NCBI GenBank assembly: GCA_030429765.1
Contig: JAUIER010000018.1
Coordinates: forward strand, 9,663-73,662
DNA from: a bacterium
GTDB lineage: Bacteria; Omnitrophota; Gorgyraeia; Zapsychrales; Zapsychraceae
Reading direction: 5' to 3'
DNA length: 64,000 bases
Shown here: piece by piece, positions 1 to 9,491 of the stretch
How the letters are laid out: every line of letters begins with the position of its first letter
Numbering within the stretch: the first letter of the stretch is position 1
Program-made: the position numbers and the translations under genes
The notes under the pieces: model-generated
What the model was told of the DNA's origin: nothing
What the model saw: only the letters and a program-made list of their open reading frames with translations
Database searches by the model: none

Positions 1-16
1 GGGTCGTGCCCGGTTT

Positions 17-733
17 TTATCGGTAGGAGATGGGGTTCTGTTTTTTGGGGTTGTAGCGCCACTGGCGGTTATCCCAGAAACCGCGTTCTTTGCGACGGGC
101 TTCCTGATACAAATCCTTAAACTCATCCGAGTAGCGTACATTAGGTGAGATCGTCATCGGCTGAACATAACCGTCGTAAACCAATTCCGCGTTGAGCATC
201 AGCCATTGCCGGCACGAGCGTCGGCGTTCAAAACGTGGCGCCTCATCTCGCATCCCGTGAGGACAATTGGTCTCAACAATAAAACCTTCAAGAGTCTGAT
301 CATCCCGTCCCGGCTGATACCCTTCGACCTCTCGGTAGACATACGCCAGGAGTCGGCCATAGCGGTCCGTTTTCTGCGCGTCGAATTCAAGCATCACACG
401 ATCGCCCTTACGAACCACGCCCTTCACAAAACGGGTAACCTCCTTGCCCATTTGTTTGATACGGCGGACATCCTGACCGGTCCTTTGCGCGTCACGTTTG
501 GCCTTGTCATTGGCCCGGCTCTCGGGCGCGTCAATACCGATCAAACGGACAGTGTCGCCGTTAGCCAGTTCAATCGTGTCACCGTCAACAATCCGGTTGA
601 CGTTAGCAAACATCGTCTCCGGTGGAGGATTCAGATGATCCATCACCTGCTCGACATGCTCGCGCACCGGAGATTTGGGCATCGCGATAAATGCGATCAC
701 CATCACAATAAGGGGAATAATAAACTTTTTCAT
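17..733 (-). CDS. Secreted thermonuclease (staphylococcal nuclease/SNase-like) family protein
   Basis: N-terminal hydrophobic signal or anchor. SNase motifs DGDTIEL...RLIGIDAPE and RYGRLLAYVY are present. Confidence 0.8.
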   Translation of the reverse strand: MKKFIIPLIVMVIAFIAMPKSPVREHVEQVMDHLNPPPETMFANVNRIVDGDTIELANGDTVRLIGIDAPESRANDKAKRDAQRTGQDVRRIKQMGKEVTRFVKGVVRKGDRVMLEFDAQKTDRYGRLLAYVYREVEGYQPGRDDQTLEGFIVETNCPHGMRDEAPRFERRRSCRQWLMLNAELVYDGYVQPMTISPNVRYSDEFKDLYQEARRKERGFWDNRQWRYNPKKQNPISYR

Positions 734-792
734 AACAGGGGGACTACCCTGTTATTATTTCGCAAACTCCCCTCAAATCAATCTCTAAATGA

Positions 793-1293
793 TTATTTTT
801 CGGACGAATGGATCAATTCAACCGGTGGAGCCAGCTGAGTCAGATCAACCTCTCGATAGTCGTCGACCGACTCAAAGGCCTCGTAGGGAAAGGTGATCAG
901 CTCCAACGTTCCTGCGTACCTGGAATGAATTTGAGCGCGCAAAATTTTTGCAAAAGCGCGTACTTCGGCGGGACGTTTGATAAAGGCGAAGTGCGTCTGA
1001 CGATATCGATTGGTGAGGGCCGCGATCTTATCCCGTTTGGTCTTACCGCACTCAGCCCAAAAGACCGGCAGCTGATCGGCATCTAGTTCGACAAGATCCG
1101 GCCGGTAACGGCCCAGCGGCCGCGGTTCCACGACCACATCCGGGTATCTCGGAGAATAAAGGGCGTAGGCCAAGGCCTTGGCAAACACATGAAACCGTGT
1201 CTCAAACGGCCGCTTCTGCAACACCAGTTTGCGTTCACGGATATGAAACGTAAATTTTTCCTCAAGGTTGAGGTCCTGTGCATCGAGATCCAC
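793..1293 (-). CDS. Hypothetical protein (166 aa)
   Basis: Clean ORF, co-oriented and tightly spaced with its neighbours. I recognise no family motif. Confidence 0.45.
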   Translation of the reverse strand: MDLDAQDLNLEEKFTFHIRERKLVLQKRPFETRFHVFAKALAYALYSPRYPDVVVEPRPLGRYRPDLVELDADQLPVFWAECGKTKRDKIAALTNRYRQTHFAFIKRPAEVRAFAKILRAQIHSRYAGTLELITFPYEAFESVDDYREVDLTQLAPPVELIHSSEK

Positions 1294-1316
1294 GCTAAGC
1301 CGCCCTAACCTTGCTG

Positions 1317-1508
1317 TTAACGCTTCCAGTCATCGGTCAGCATGCCCGCGAAGCCCCAATTTTCCGCTGCGATCTCCTGAATCACCACGTGAATGTGTTC
1401 GGGCTTTTTATTGAGATGCCGGACCAGCGAATCGGTTACATCTTTGACAATGGCCGACTTGGCCTGGCGATCCGCTCCCTGCAGAATTTGGATATTAACG
1501 TAAGGCAT
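1317..1508 (-). CDS. 4-oxalocrotonate tautomerase family enzyme
   Basis: 63 aa, starts MPYVNIQIL (catalytic Pro1 after Met removal). Typical size for the tautomerase fold. Confidence 0.75.
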   Translation of the reverse strand: MPYVNIQILQGADRQAKSAIVKDVTDSLVRHLNKKPEHIHVVIQEIAAENWGFAGMLTDDWKR

Positions 1509-1527
1509 AAGTCTACAATATTTGTGA

Positions 1528-1923
1528 TTACGGAATCTTTGGTCCGGGGTACGTGTCCAGATGTTCCGCCACTTTGGTGTAGGTCTGAATCATCAACTCA
1601 TTCTTCTTTTTCTGCTCGCGTGTATCGGCTCCCAACATCTTAATCACCTCTGGGCATTCGAGGACCATTGAAAAGTCTGTCTCGACGCCTCGTTCGCTGT
1701 AGAGCTTGGCCAACTCACCCGTAAGCTCTTCCAGCTTAGGCCGTGAATCCAGTCGATCAATGATCGCCAATTTGTATTCCAAAGACGCGTCTTCCCACTG
1801 ACCTTGCTCGTGGAGTTCACGCGCGCGTTTATGATGCTTGGATCCGGACATGATTGAACTAATGGTGAGTCCTCCCCAAATCAAACCGCATATCACGGCA
1901 ATGACGAGCCATACCACCCACAT
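1528..1923 (-). CDS. Membrane-anchored hypothetical protein
   Basis: N-terminal TM helix MWVVWLVIAVICGLIWGG followed by a charged soluble domain. In an operon-like string with its neighbours. Confidence 0.5.
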   Translation of the reverse strand: MWVVWLVIAVICGLIWGGLTISSIMSGSKHHKRARELHEQGQWEDASLEYKLAIIDRLDSRPKLEELTGELAKLYSERGVETDFSMVLECPEVIKMLGADTREQKKKNELMIQTYTKVAEHLDTYPGPKIP

Positions 1924-1925
1924 AA

Positions 1926-2438
1926 TTATGCCCCCCGCTGCTTTTGAAGATTTGTCAGCATCAAGTATTCACGGAAATTATCATATGTCTGCCACAACAT
2001 CCATACACCCAACCCCACATAAATAATCGGTGAATCCAAATCACCTGACGCGCTGAAGATAAACAATAGGACCGCAATCAAAAGACTGTCCACCGCCTGA
2101 ATGATCTTGACCTTGGGTGATTTCCAAAACAACGTGGCCAGCCCGGCCAAAACACCCAGTGCACCGACGACAATCATCGCTACCCCCATACCTTGCTGTC
2201 TGAGGTTGATCAGAAAAACCCCCAGACCGATAAATACACAACCATAGACCAAGGCGACTAAATCAAATTTTACGCTCACCGGAATCTGGGACTTTATCGC
2301 GTTTAGCTCATCCGATGGATGTTGGCCCGACGCGGCCAAAGGATCCGAATGCTTTTTACCGTCTCCGATTTCAAATAACTCATCAATATCATCAGACATT
2401 GGCCGACCTCCGGTTGATTTGTTTAAAGAGCAAGACAC
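1926..2438 (-). CDS. Polytopic membrane protein, hypothetical
   Basis: Three or four predicted TM helices. The true start may be the internal MSDDIDE at about 2399. Confidence 0.5.
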   Translation of the reverse strand: MSCSLNKSTGGRPMSDDIDELFEIGDGKKHSDPLAASGQHPSDELNAIKSQIPVSVKFDLVALVYGCVFIGLGVFLINLRQQGMGVAMIVVGALGVLAGLATLFWKSPKVKIIQAVDSLLIAVLLFIFSASGDLDSPIIYVGLGVWMLWQTYDNFREYLMLTNLQKQRGA

Positions 2439-2622
2439 CCAGGAACAAAGACAGTCCCAGGTCTGATAAAATAACGGTAATCCAGTTCACCCACATCCAG
2501 GCCGGCACTTCACCTAGGTCCATACTCATTCTTTTCGCTGCTGAGGCCACATTGTAAATTCCGAAGCCCAACCGCAAAATCATGCAGAAAAACGCAATGG
2601 CCGTTGCTGTTTTTAAAGACAT
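2392..2622 (-). CDS. Small two-TM membrane protein, hypothetical
   Basis: 76 aa with two hydrophobic helices. First gene of the co-directional string. Confidence 0.35.
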   Translation of the reverse strand: MSLKTATAIAFFCMILRLGFGIYNVASAAKRMSMDLGEVPAWMWVNWITVILSDLGLSLFLGVLLFKQINRRSANV

Positions 2623-2712
2623 ACCCCCCCCTTGCTTATTGTTACAATATTAATGATTTTATTATACACCAGGAGAGAATGATTATGAACAGTTTAAGCG
2701 GACTATAACAGA

Positions 2713-4620
2713 TTAGGGAATACGTTTGCGCGGTCCGAGGAGGATGGTGTCCTTGAGGGCCTGGACATTCTTGGCCATCAGCCATTTGTGGTCGAATTTC
2801 GGATCGCTGACGATCTGCGCGATGGCCGACAAGGCCCGCAGGTGATACGTGCGCTCATCTTTACTGCCGTACAATATGAAAACCGCGTTGATCTCGGGAT
2901 AGTCCTCGCTGAAGTAGATACCGTGACGGCAGCGGACCAGCACAACATTAAATATCTTCTCTCCTTCGACAACGACATGTGGAATCGCAACATCATAATT
3001 GAGGGCCGTCGTGCTTTCATGCTCCCGTTTGATTAACGACAGCTCAACCACTTCCTTACGGCAATTGAGGTCCTCCGCAATCTTTTCCGCGGCAATCTCG
3101 AATAACTGATCGGCTTTGATCGGTTCATTGATATCCAACACCCTGCAGTTCTCGATCATATGATCAAAACGGTCTTTGACAATTTCATCACGCTCCTGAA
3201 TGATCTCCTTGAGCTCATTTTCCAGTTGTCCGGTGACCAGCTCCTTGGCCGTCAAGCGCTCGATGATATGCAGCAAGGCAAACTTTTGTTCGGTCCTGAT
3301 CCGGCCATAAAACCAGTAAATAATAAAAGCCATCCCGATCAGAATGAGTTTGATGTACAACACTTCCTGGCTCATTTTCAAAAGGATCAATAAAAATAGC
3401 ACGGTCCCGACAATCTGCACCCATGGATAAAACGGTGATTTAAAGGTCGGCTGGTAGTTCATCACCCGGCTTTCGCGGAGAATCAAAACAGAGAGGTGAG
3501 CAAACAGGAACGTTAAGATTAATACTGTCGAGGCAAGTTCTACCAGGATATCCAGTTTTAGGAACAAGCTCACGATCAATACGGCCCCGGAGATGATTAT
3601 GGATGCGACGGGCGTCTGCATCTTGGGATGCAAGCGCTGCAGAAACTCGGGCAGCAATTTATCCCGGCTCAAGGCCATCGGATAGCGGGACGCGGCCATC
3701 AACCCTGCATTGGCCGTCGTAATAAAGGAGGCGATCGCGGCAAGGCTTAGGACCACAAATCCGCTCGTGCCCATCGTCTCTCGGGCGCCGAGCGAGATCG
3801 GCGTCAGCGACCCGTCCAATTTTTCCGCGCCGAGAACACCCGTGGTAATCAAGACGATAATAGAGTAAAACAGCGTTACCACCACCAGCGAGGCGATCAT
3901 CGCCCGGGGAATGACATGTTCAGCGCGTTTAACCTCTTCCGCTACACTTGCGACCTTGAGCAGCCCACCATAGGATACAAAGATATATCCCGATATCATG
4001 AAAACCGCGTCGAATCCGTAAGGCGCGAATGGCGAGAAATTCGTCACTTGGATGTGATCAACACTGGCCACCCCGTAGACCAGCAATGAGCCCATCAGGA
4101 AAAAGACAAGATACGACTGAGCCCGGCCGGCCTTCTTGGCGCCGAGCAGGTTGAGTGATATAAAAAGGAACGCGACCAGGATCCCCACCCAGGGGACGAC
4201 ATCCAGCGACGCTGACAGCGAAGGAAAGATCAAGGCTACAAACGCGCTGATCCCCACCAACGCGAACGCCGCTTTAAGCAATAGCGATAACCAGGTCAAC
4301 AGCCCCTGGATGGTGCCGACGGCCGGCCCCAAGCTTCGGGTCACAAAAAAATACGCGCCGCCGCTTTTGGGCATGGCTGAAACAAGCTCGGCCTGGCTCA
4401 GCAAACCGGTTAGCGCCAATAAACCCGCGAACAAATAAGCCAGGAACAGCGCCGGTCCGACCTTCGCGTGCGCGATACCCGGCAACACAAAGAGACCGGA
4501 GCTGATCATCGCTCCGGTCGCTAAGCAAAAGACATCTAGAAAGGTGAGTTCTTTTTTGAGTTTCGATTGTTCCGTCATATACAGGTTGTTCCCGACTGGT
4601 TCATTGATGGTCGCGTGCAA
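2713..4620 (-). CDS. APC-family amino acid permease with C-terminal PTS EIIA-2 (EIIA-Ntr-like) domain
   Basis: N-terminal 12-TM region carries the APC signature (FLDVFCLATGAMISSGLFVLPG, SGGAYFFV). The C-terminal roughly 150 aa aligns by eye to the PtsN/EIIA-2 fold (NYDVAIPHVVVEG...INAVFILYGSKDERTYHLRALSAIAQIV). Confidence 0.8.
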   Translation of the reverse strand: MHATINEPVGNNLYMTEQSKLKKELTFLDVFCLATGAMISSGLFVLPGIAHAKVGPALFLAYLFAGLLALTGLLSQAELVSAMPKSGGAYFFVTRSLGPAVGTIQGLLTWLSLLLKAAFALVGISAFVALIFPSLSASLDVVPWVGILVAFLFISLNLLGAKKAGRAQSYLVFFLMGSLLVYGVASVDHIQVTNFSPFAPYGFDAVFMISGYIFVSYGGLLKVASVAEEVKRAEHVIPRAMIASLVVVTLFYSIIVLITTGVLGAEKLDGSLTPISLGARETMGTSGFVVLSLAAIASFITTANAGLMAASRYPMALSRDKLLPEFLQRLHPKMQTPVASIIISGAVLIVSLFLKLDILVELASTVLILTFLFAHLSVLILRESRVMNYQPTFKSPFYPWVQIVGTVLFLLILLKMSQEVLYIKLILIGMAFIIYWFYGRIRTEQKFALLHIIERLTAKELVTGQLENELKEIIQERDEIVKDRFDHMIENCRVLDINEPIKADQLFEIAAEKIAEDLNCRKEVVELSLIKREHESTTALNYDVAIPHVVVEGEKIFNVVLVRCRHGIYFSEDYPEINAVFILYGSKDERTYHLRALSAIAQIVSDPKFDHKWLMAKNVQALKDTILLGPRKRIP

Positions 4621-4647
4621 CAGTAGCCTGTCCCACTCATATCAATG

Positions 4648-5439
4648 CTACTTTTGATCATTCAGGGACCAGTCATACTTGAGCCACTTGATCTTCCATC
4701 TGTATTCCGATTCGGCCAGTGCGGCCCGAACCGATTCGTCGGGAATATAATAACTGATATATTCCAACATTTCACTACGATTTTTTCCAAAATCTTCGCG
4801 GAACCATTTGAAGATTGTCGAAAGATAAGCCACGTCGTTGACCGCATCAAACCGGTTCAGGTCTTGCCGTCCAAGAAACGCCCGACCTTGGTCATCAAGC
4901 TGCTCATTCAGCTTGTATCCTTCATAGGCTTCCTGCCGCAGCGGCGGACAACTCCTAGCCGCACACACGATCGCAAAATGAATACGCGCCTTCTCCGGCC
5001 CCTTTCGCAGGATTTCATGTTCGATATGACCGAGCGACATGGATTCACCCTGAATCTCGAAAAACTCCCGGTCCCATACCGTCGAGTTGAACACCGTACC
5101 GAACACCAACCCGCCAGTATGAAGCTTGCTGATACTCTCGACCGGATACTCGGTACAGATCACCTGCAATGTAAAGGCATTGTAGGCGTTGATCCAATAG
5201 GCGATCTGATCATTGGTGTTTAAATCCTGCCACATCGTATTGGACAACGTTTTGGTGTACTGCTCCAGCCGCGGATCCGCGCAGACAGCCGAATAGTTGA
5301 CCAGCCCGCGGGCATCGACATTGGTTTGCAGTAATTGAGTAAAAACGCCGTGCCGTTGGTCCGCCGCAGCAGGCTCCGTGAGGAACATGCCTCCGACGAC
5401 AACCGTCAGCACCGCCGTCAAAATTTTAATCGTCTTCAT
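4648..5439 (-). CDS. DUF547 domain protein (secreted)
   Basis: Motifs YWINAYNAFTL and HFAIVCAARSCPPL. Start trimmed to MKTIKILTAVLTVVVGG, which has a signal peptide; the track ORF extends to 5490. Confidence 0.75.
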   Translation of the reverse strand: MKTIKILTAVLTVVVGGMFLTEPAAADQRHGVFTQLLQTNVDARGLVNYSAVCADPRLEQYTKTLSNTMWQDLNTNDQIAYWINAYNAFTLQVICTEYPVESISKLHTGGLVFGTVFNSTVWDREFFEIQGESMSLGHIEHEILRKGPEKARIHFAIVCAARSCPPLRQEAYEGYKLNEQLDDQGRAFLGRQDLNRFDAVNDVAYLSTIFKWFREDFGKNRSEMLEYISYYIPDESVRAALAESEYRWKIKWLKYDWSLNDQK

Positions 5440-5534
5440 GATACACTCCATTCGCGCCGGCCCACAAACCTGTAATGGCTGGACCATCAAAGACGTGTCT
5501 ATGATTGGTGATGGGTAAGGATGTGTTTAAAAAG

Positions 5535-7424
5535 TTATCCCTCAATAAAACCCTGGTATTCCTCCAGCGTTCCATCGCGCATACAACATTCGATAATCTT
5601 ACGTCCCAGCGGATCCAGATCCTTTTCCTCAAGGTACATCGAGATCTCTTTCTTGAAGAAATCACTGAGGATCTTGGCGCCCTTGTCGTAGCCTTCCAGA
5701 CCCACCTCTTCCTGCGTATCGACTTGAAGGAACTCACGGTTCAGGAAGAACCCTTCGATCTGCATCGCGTGAATGGCATATCCCAAAAGCGGACAGCGGG
5801 ACGGCTCGATTTGATTGTCGCGGAACTTGGCGCTTCCCCGTCGAGACATATACTCACGGGCGATCCACTGCGCCATGAAACCGACGCGCCAGGCACCGAC
5901 ATGCTGATTCGGGATCAGGGAGTAGCGGGTTCTCGGTGTGTTGACAATTTGCCGCAGCAGCAGGTTAGCCTGATCCACGCGCCGTCCCGTGGCAAACGGC
6001 CAGTAAGATCCTACCCCTTCGCTGGTCATCCCTTCGGTATCGGTGATACTCGGATTGGCGTAACCGCGCGGAGCGACCAATCGCCACAACCAAGCCAGTG
6101 ACGGCGGCAAAATATGCAGAATTCCCATAATTCCGTAACTGGGCTTCTCCAATGTACACGGAGGCATACGCACGCCGAAACTGCGCACGTCCACCTCAAC
6201 CGGCTCATTGACAATATCGGGCACGCTTCGTCGAGGAATAATTACCCGCGGGTTCGGGCATCGAACCCCCGGCTCATCTTCGGTATGTTCCCATATTAAA
6301 CACGTCGCGTTGGGAACAGAATACATGTTTAAAAACACCAACGGCTCCGGCGGATTGGTACACAATTCTTCCAGATATCGATCCACACCGTAACGCTGAA
6401 TGTGATTGACCCGGACAAACCAGCCGGACTCGGCGTCCTGAATCACCAGTCGTCCGTTATCATTTTGAATGTCTTTGTTGCACAGGGCCATGTCATCGGT
6501 GATTGGATTGAGCGTACACCCCTGAAACAACGGAATGTAACGGCGTTTACCGTTGACAATATTCTCGCCGATCAGCAATCGTCCGTCGGGCTCACGATGC
6601 GGATACTGCAGCATCTCGCTCTTACCCCCGCCGCTGGCACCTTCGTGCATGATGACAAATTCATTATCGTATGGAGTATTGACCCGGACAGCGGAACCGT
6701 GCGTGGTGACCCAGCCTTCCTGCTCACCCAAATTCAGAAGCACCCCGTAAATCCCCTTCTTGGCGCTTGGCCCCGGATAGAGATTGAGTGAATAGATTTC
6801 GTGTAAATGATCGGAACGATCGTGGATAACGACCTGCTTGCCGTCGCAATGTGTGTGACGGAACGTCGGAGCGAGATAAATGATTGACTTGGGCTGAAAT
6901 CCTTCCTCAAGTTGTTCCGGCGGAATCAACCCCTGAATCTCGGCCAGCGCGGCGGCAAAGAAGGTCGCATTAACCGGCCCGACGAGCAATGATCCAAAAT
7001 CCAATGCCGGCCCACCGGCATAAAATGGCAGCACCACCAATTCCTGGCCGGCCAGCCAATCCATCATCTCCACCTTCATTTCGGCAAAAGGTTTTTTGAA
7101 ACGTGAGTTGTAATGCGGTTTATCAGTCGGCGTATCATCGGCGATCACCATGCAGTTGGGATCCCGTCGGCGCATGTAGATTTCCGTGTAATTAGCGGAG
7201 AGCCCGTTGCGACAGCGATGCAGCACGGCTTCCTTGACCGTGCCCTTGCCCGGAATGGCGTATTCGACATCAAACGTGTCTTTGTCCGGACCGCCCAAGG
7301 CCAAATCAATCAGTTCACGCTTATTTTTGGGCATGTGAACTTTCGGCGCCGCTTTAAGGGTTTCAACCAATGCTTCGGGCAGATTCATCTCCCGCCATGA
7401 TATTTCCGTAGTTTTTAACATCAA
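5535..7424 (-). CDS. Large uncharacterised protein with HprK/PEP-carboxykinase-like P-loop
   Basis: 629 aa. Central HEGASGGGKSE resembles the HPr kinase P-loop GxSGxGKSE, followed by an HprK-like segment (LLIGENIV...ITDDMA). The rest is unassigned. Confidence 0.6.
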   Translation of the reverse strand: MMLKTTEISWREMNLPEALVETLKAAPKVHMPKNKRELIDLALGGPDKDTFDVEYAIPGKGTVKEAVLHRCRNGLSANYTEIYMRRRDPNCMVIADDTPTDKPHYNSRFKKPFAEMKVEMMDWLAGQELVVLPFYAGGPALDFGSLLVGPVNATFFAAALAEIQGLIPPEQLEEGFQPKSIIYLAPTFRHTHCDGKQVVIHDRSDHLHEIYSLNLYPGPSAKKGIYGVLLNLGEQEGWVTTHGSAVRVNTPYDNEFVIMHEGASGGGKSEMLQYPHREPDGRLLIGENIVNGKRRYIPLFQGCTLNPITDDMALCNKDIQNDNGRLVIQDAESGWFVRVNHIQRYGVDRYLEELCTNPPEPLVFLNMYSVPNATCLIWEHTEDEPGVRCPNPRVIIPRRSVPDIVNEPVEVDVRSFGVRMPPCTLEKPSYGIMGILHILPPSLAWLWRLVAPRGYANPSITDTEGMTSEGVGSYWPFATGRRVDQANLLLRQIVNTPRTRYSLIPNQHVGAWRVGFMAQWIAREYMSRRGSAKFRDNQIEPSRCPLLGYAIHAMQIEGFFLNREFLQVDTQEEVGLEGYDKGAKILSDFFKKEISMYLEEKDLDPLGRKIIECCMRDGTLEEYQGFIEG

Positions 7425-7434
7425 ATGTCCTCTC

Positions 7435-7943
7435 TCAATTGAATATTGCCTGATACAGCGTCGACTTTCCGCTCCTGAGTTCCTTTACCATCTCATCTAT
7501 TTTTACCGCTTCATCGGGAATGACCCCCCGGACGTAGCGTTTCAAATATTTGGCCTGATCATAATACTTCTGATCAATTCCAGCTATTTTACCATTACTG
7601 GCCTGAATTTCATCAATTACTTGCGTGAAGACCTTGGCCGTAAAATAAGCGTCATCCAGGTAGCCGAAGAGCCCCACTTGTCTGTGGACAGAAAATCCTG
7701 CGGTGTATAAAGATACGTCAATAGATACCCTCCCAACCGCTTGACTTCGGTGGGATTTTCCTGATTATTCCAGTGCTGGTAGATACGCCCCACCAGGTCG
7801 GGCATCAAGACAATGATCTCTTTAAGCCGATCCTCCAGGATCATCGTGGCCCGCTTTCCCACCCGTGCCCGCAGGTGAACATGGAAGTTTGTCTGATCTG
7901 TTTCGGCCAACGTCTTTAACTGCTCTTTCATCGCTCGTAACAT
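7435..7943 (-). pseudogene. DUF1232 (YkvA-like) membrane protein, apparently frameshifted
   Basis: Two overlapping minus-strand ORFs (7617..7943 and 7435..7677). Together they reconstruct the DUF1232 core ...YLYTPQDFLSTDKWG/LFGYLDDAYFTAKV. The frame change falls at a C4/G4 homopolymer near 7672-7676. Confidence 0.45.
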
Positions 7944-8061
7944 GGAAACCTCCTTAGGTTAATGAAAACGGATTGTGCTTGACTTCATCTATGCCAAAGT
8001 ATACACTTGATCTGCACATTTGTTAAATAGATAAATTTAATTAATTATATTTAATTTACCT
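7944..8061. promoter_or_regulatory. AT-rich divergent promoter region between the DUF1232 gene and the LysR regulator gene
   Basis: 118-bp AT-rich gap (ttaattaattatatttaattta) between divergently oriented genes. It contains T-N11-A-type motifs typical of LysR sites. Confidence 0.3.
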
Positions 8062-8994
8062 ATGATACCTTTCAACTACCATCACCTCTACTATTTCTAT
8101 GTCATTGCCCAGGAAGGCTCGATTTCCAAGGCCACCAAGCAGCTACGACTGGCCCAGCCCACATTAAGCGCGCAGCTGCGGCAATTCGAAGAATTCCTGA
8201 ACGTAAAACTCTTTATCAGGGAAAAGCGAAAGCTCATTCTCACGGATGAAGGTCATAAAGTGCTTTCCTATGCCAAACTGATTTTTGATATCGGACAGGA
8301 ACTCAAAGACCGAATGGTCGATCTGTCCCATCAGGGCCGGCCGCATATCTCCATCGGGATCAGCAATTTTGTGCCCAAGACTATTGTGGACTTACTGCTC
8401 AATTTCATCCTGGTCAGCGACGGAGAAACGTATATTCAATTGAAAAAGGACCGCATGGACCGGCTGGTCCGCGATCTGGATGATCACATTGTTGATATTA
8501 TCCTTACGGACACCCCTTTTGAGGCCAAATTAAGCGGTGATATCCGTAATAAGTTTATCGGCAAGATCCCGATTGTTTTCTGCGCGCATCCGCGCATTGC
8601 CAAGCGGCTCAAGAATTTTCCAAAGTGCCTGCACGAGACACCTCTTCTCTTTCCTACGGCACCGGCCCAGATTGCCTATGCGCTCAAAGAGTTTTTTTAT
8701 GAGCATCACATCGAGCCCAAGATTGTAGCGGAACTGCAGGATATCGAGGCCATCCGCCGACTGGCCCTCCGTGGATACGGCGTCGCGCCGCTCAACCTTT
8801 TAACCGTCAAAGAAGCCCCTTCACGTCAAAAGCTGACGATCATCAATGCAAAATCCAAAAAGCATGTCTATGAGAAGGTATATTTGATCAGTAAGACACG
8901 TAAACAGGAACTGCCTGTGGTCGAACACATTTTTAAAAACTTCCACCTGGACCATTTACTTAGCGATAAGGCAGAACAATCTGTCAAAAACTAG
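8062..8994 (+). CDS. LysR-family transcriptional regulator, NhaR-like
   Basis: N-terminus MIPFNYHHLYYFYVIAQEGSISKATKQLRLAQPTLSAQLRQFEE closely parallels the NhaR N-terminal wHTH. LysR-type effector domain follows. Confidence 0.8.
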   Translation: MIPFNYHHLYYFYVIAQEGSISKATKQLRLAQPTLSAQLRQFEEFLNVKLFIREKRKLILTDEGHKVLSYAKLIFDIGQELKDRMVDLSHQGRPHISIGISNFVPKTIVDLLLNFILVSDGETYIQLKKDRMDRLVRDLDDHIVDIILTDTPFEAKLSGDIRNKFIGKIPIVFCAHPRIAKRLKNFPKCLHETPLLFPTAPAQIAYALKEFFYEHHIEPKIVAELQDIEAIRRLALRGYGVAPLNLLTVKEAPSRQKLTIINAKSKKHVYEKVYLISKTRKQELPVVEHIFKNFHLDHLLSDKAEQSVKN

Positions 8995-9029
8995 ATCCCT
9001 GTTTTGCATTTCTTCGTTATAATAATCGC

Positions 9030-9491
9030 ATGAAATTATTCAATCAGATTTTGTTTATGATGATCATCGTTGTGATCACATCCGGCTGTTCATCATTCCG
9101 CCCCAAAGCGGTCGGACTCAAGGATGGCCGATTGCAGCCCTGTCCTCCGGCCCCCAAATGTGTGTCGTCGTATTACGCAAAGGGCATTCATCATGTCAAA
9201 CCGCTTCGCTACCGGGACTCCCGGGCCGAGGCTTACCAGCGACTCATCAATATCATCAAGAGTATGAAAAAATCAGAAATCGTGACGGCTGACCCTGACT
9301 ATATCCACGTGCAGTTTGAAGTCACGCGGATCAAGTGGATTGACAATACCGAATTTCTGTTTGACGACGAAGAAAAGATCATTCATGTCTCTTCGACTCC
9401 GGCGGCCAAGATCGGCTTCTGGGATTGGGGTGAAAATCGTCGACGAGTCAAGCTCATCAAATCCCGCTTTGAAGCCGATATAAAAGATTAA
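9030..9491 (+). CDS. DUF1499-family lipoprotein
   Basis: Lipobox ITSGCSS. Conserved LQPCPPAPKCVSS motif typical of DUF1499. Confidence 0.65.
   Translation: MKLFNQILFMMIIVVITSGCSSFRPKAVGLKDGRLQPCPPAPKCVSSYYAKGIHHVKPLRYRDSRAEAYQRLINIIKSMKKSEIVTADPDYIHVQFEVTRIKWIDNTEFLFDDEEKIIHVSSTPAAKIGFWDWGENRRRVKLIKSRFEADIKD

Noticed and set aside
206-838. 210-aa plus-strand ORF antisense to the thermonuclease gene. The same pattern occurs at 5505-6101, 11089-11904, 15105-15923, 32303-33046, 35383-36273, 36358-37008, 23954-24625 and 43280-43819.
   Set aside because: These are long antisense or shadow ORFs. They are expected in GC-rich DNA, lack signal features, motifs or RBS, and overlap well-supported genes on the opposite strand.
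2640-2712. Tiny plus-strand ORF (MIMNSLSGL) with an AGGAGAG RBS downstream of the permease gene.
   Set aside because: It is 9 codons and convergent with the permease 3' end. A leader-peptide role makes no sense in this orientation, so it is most likely chance.
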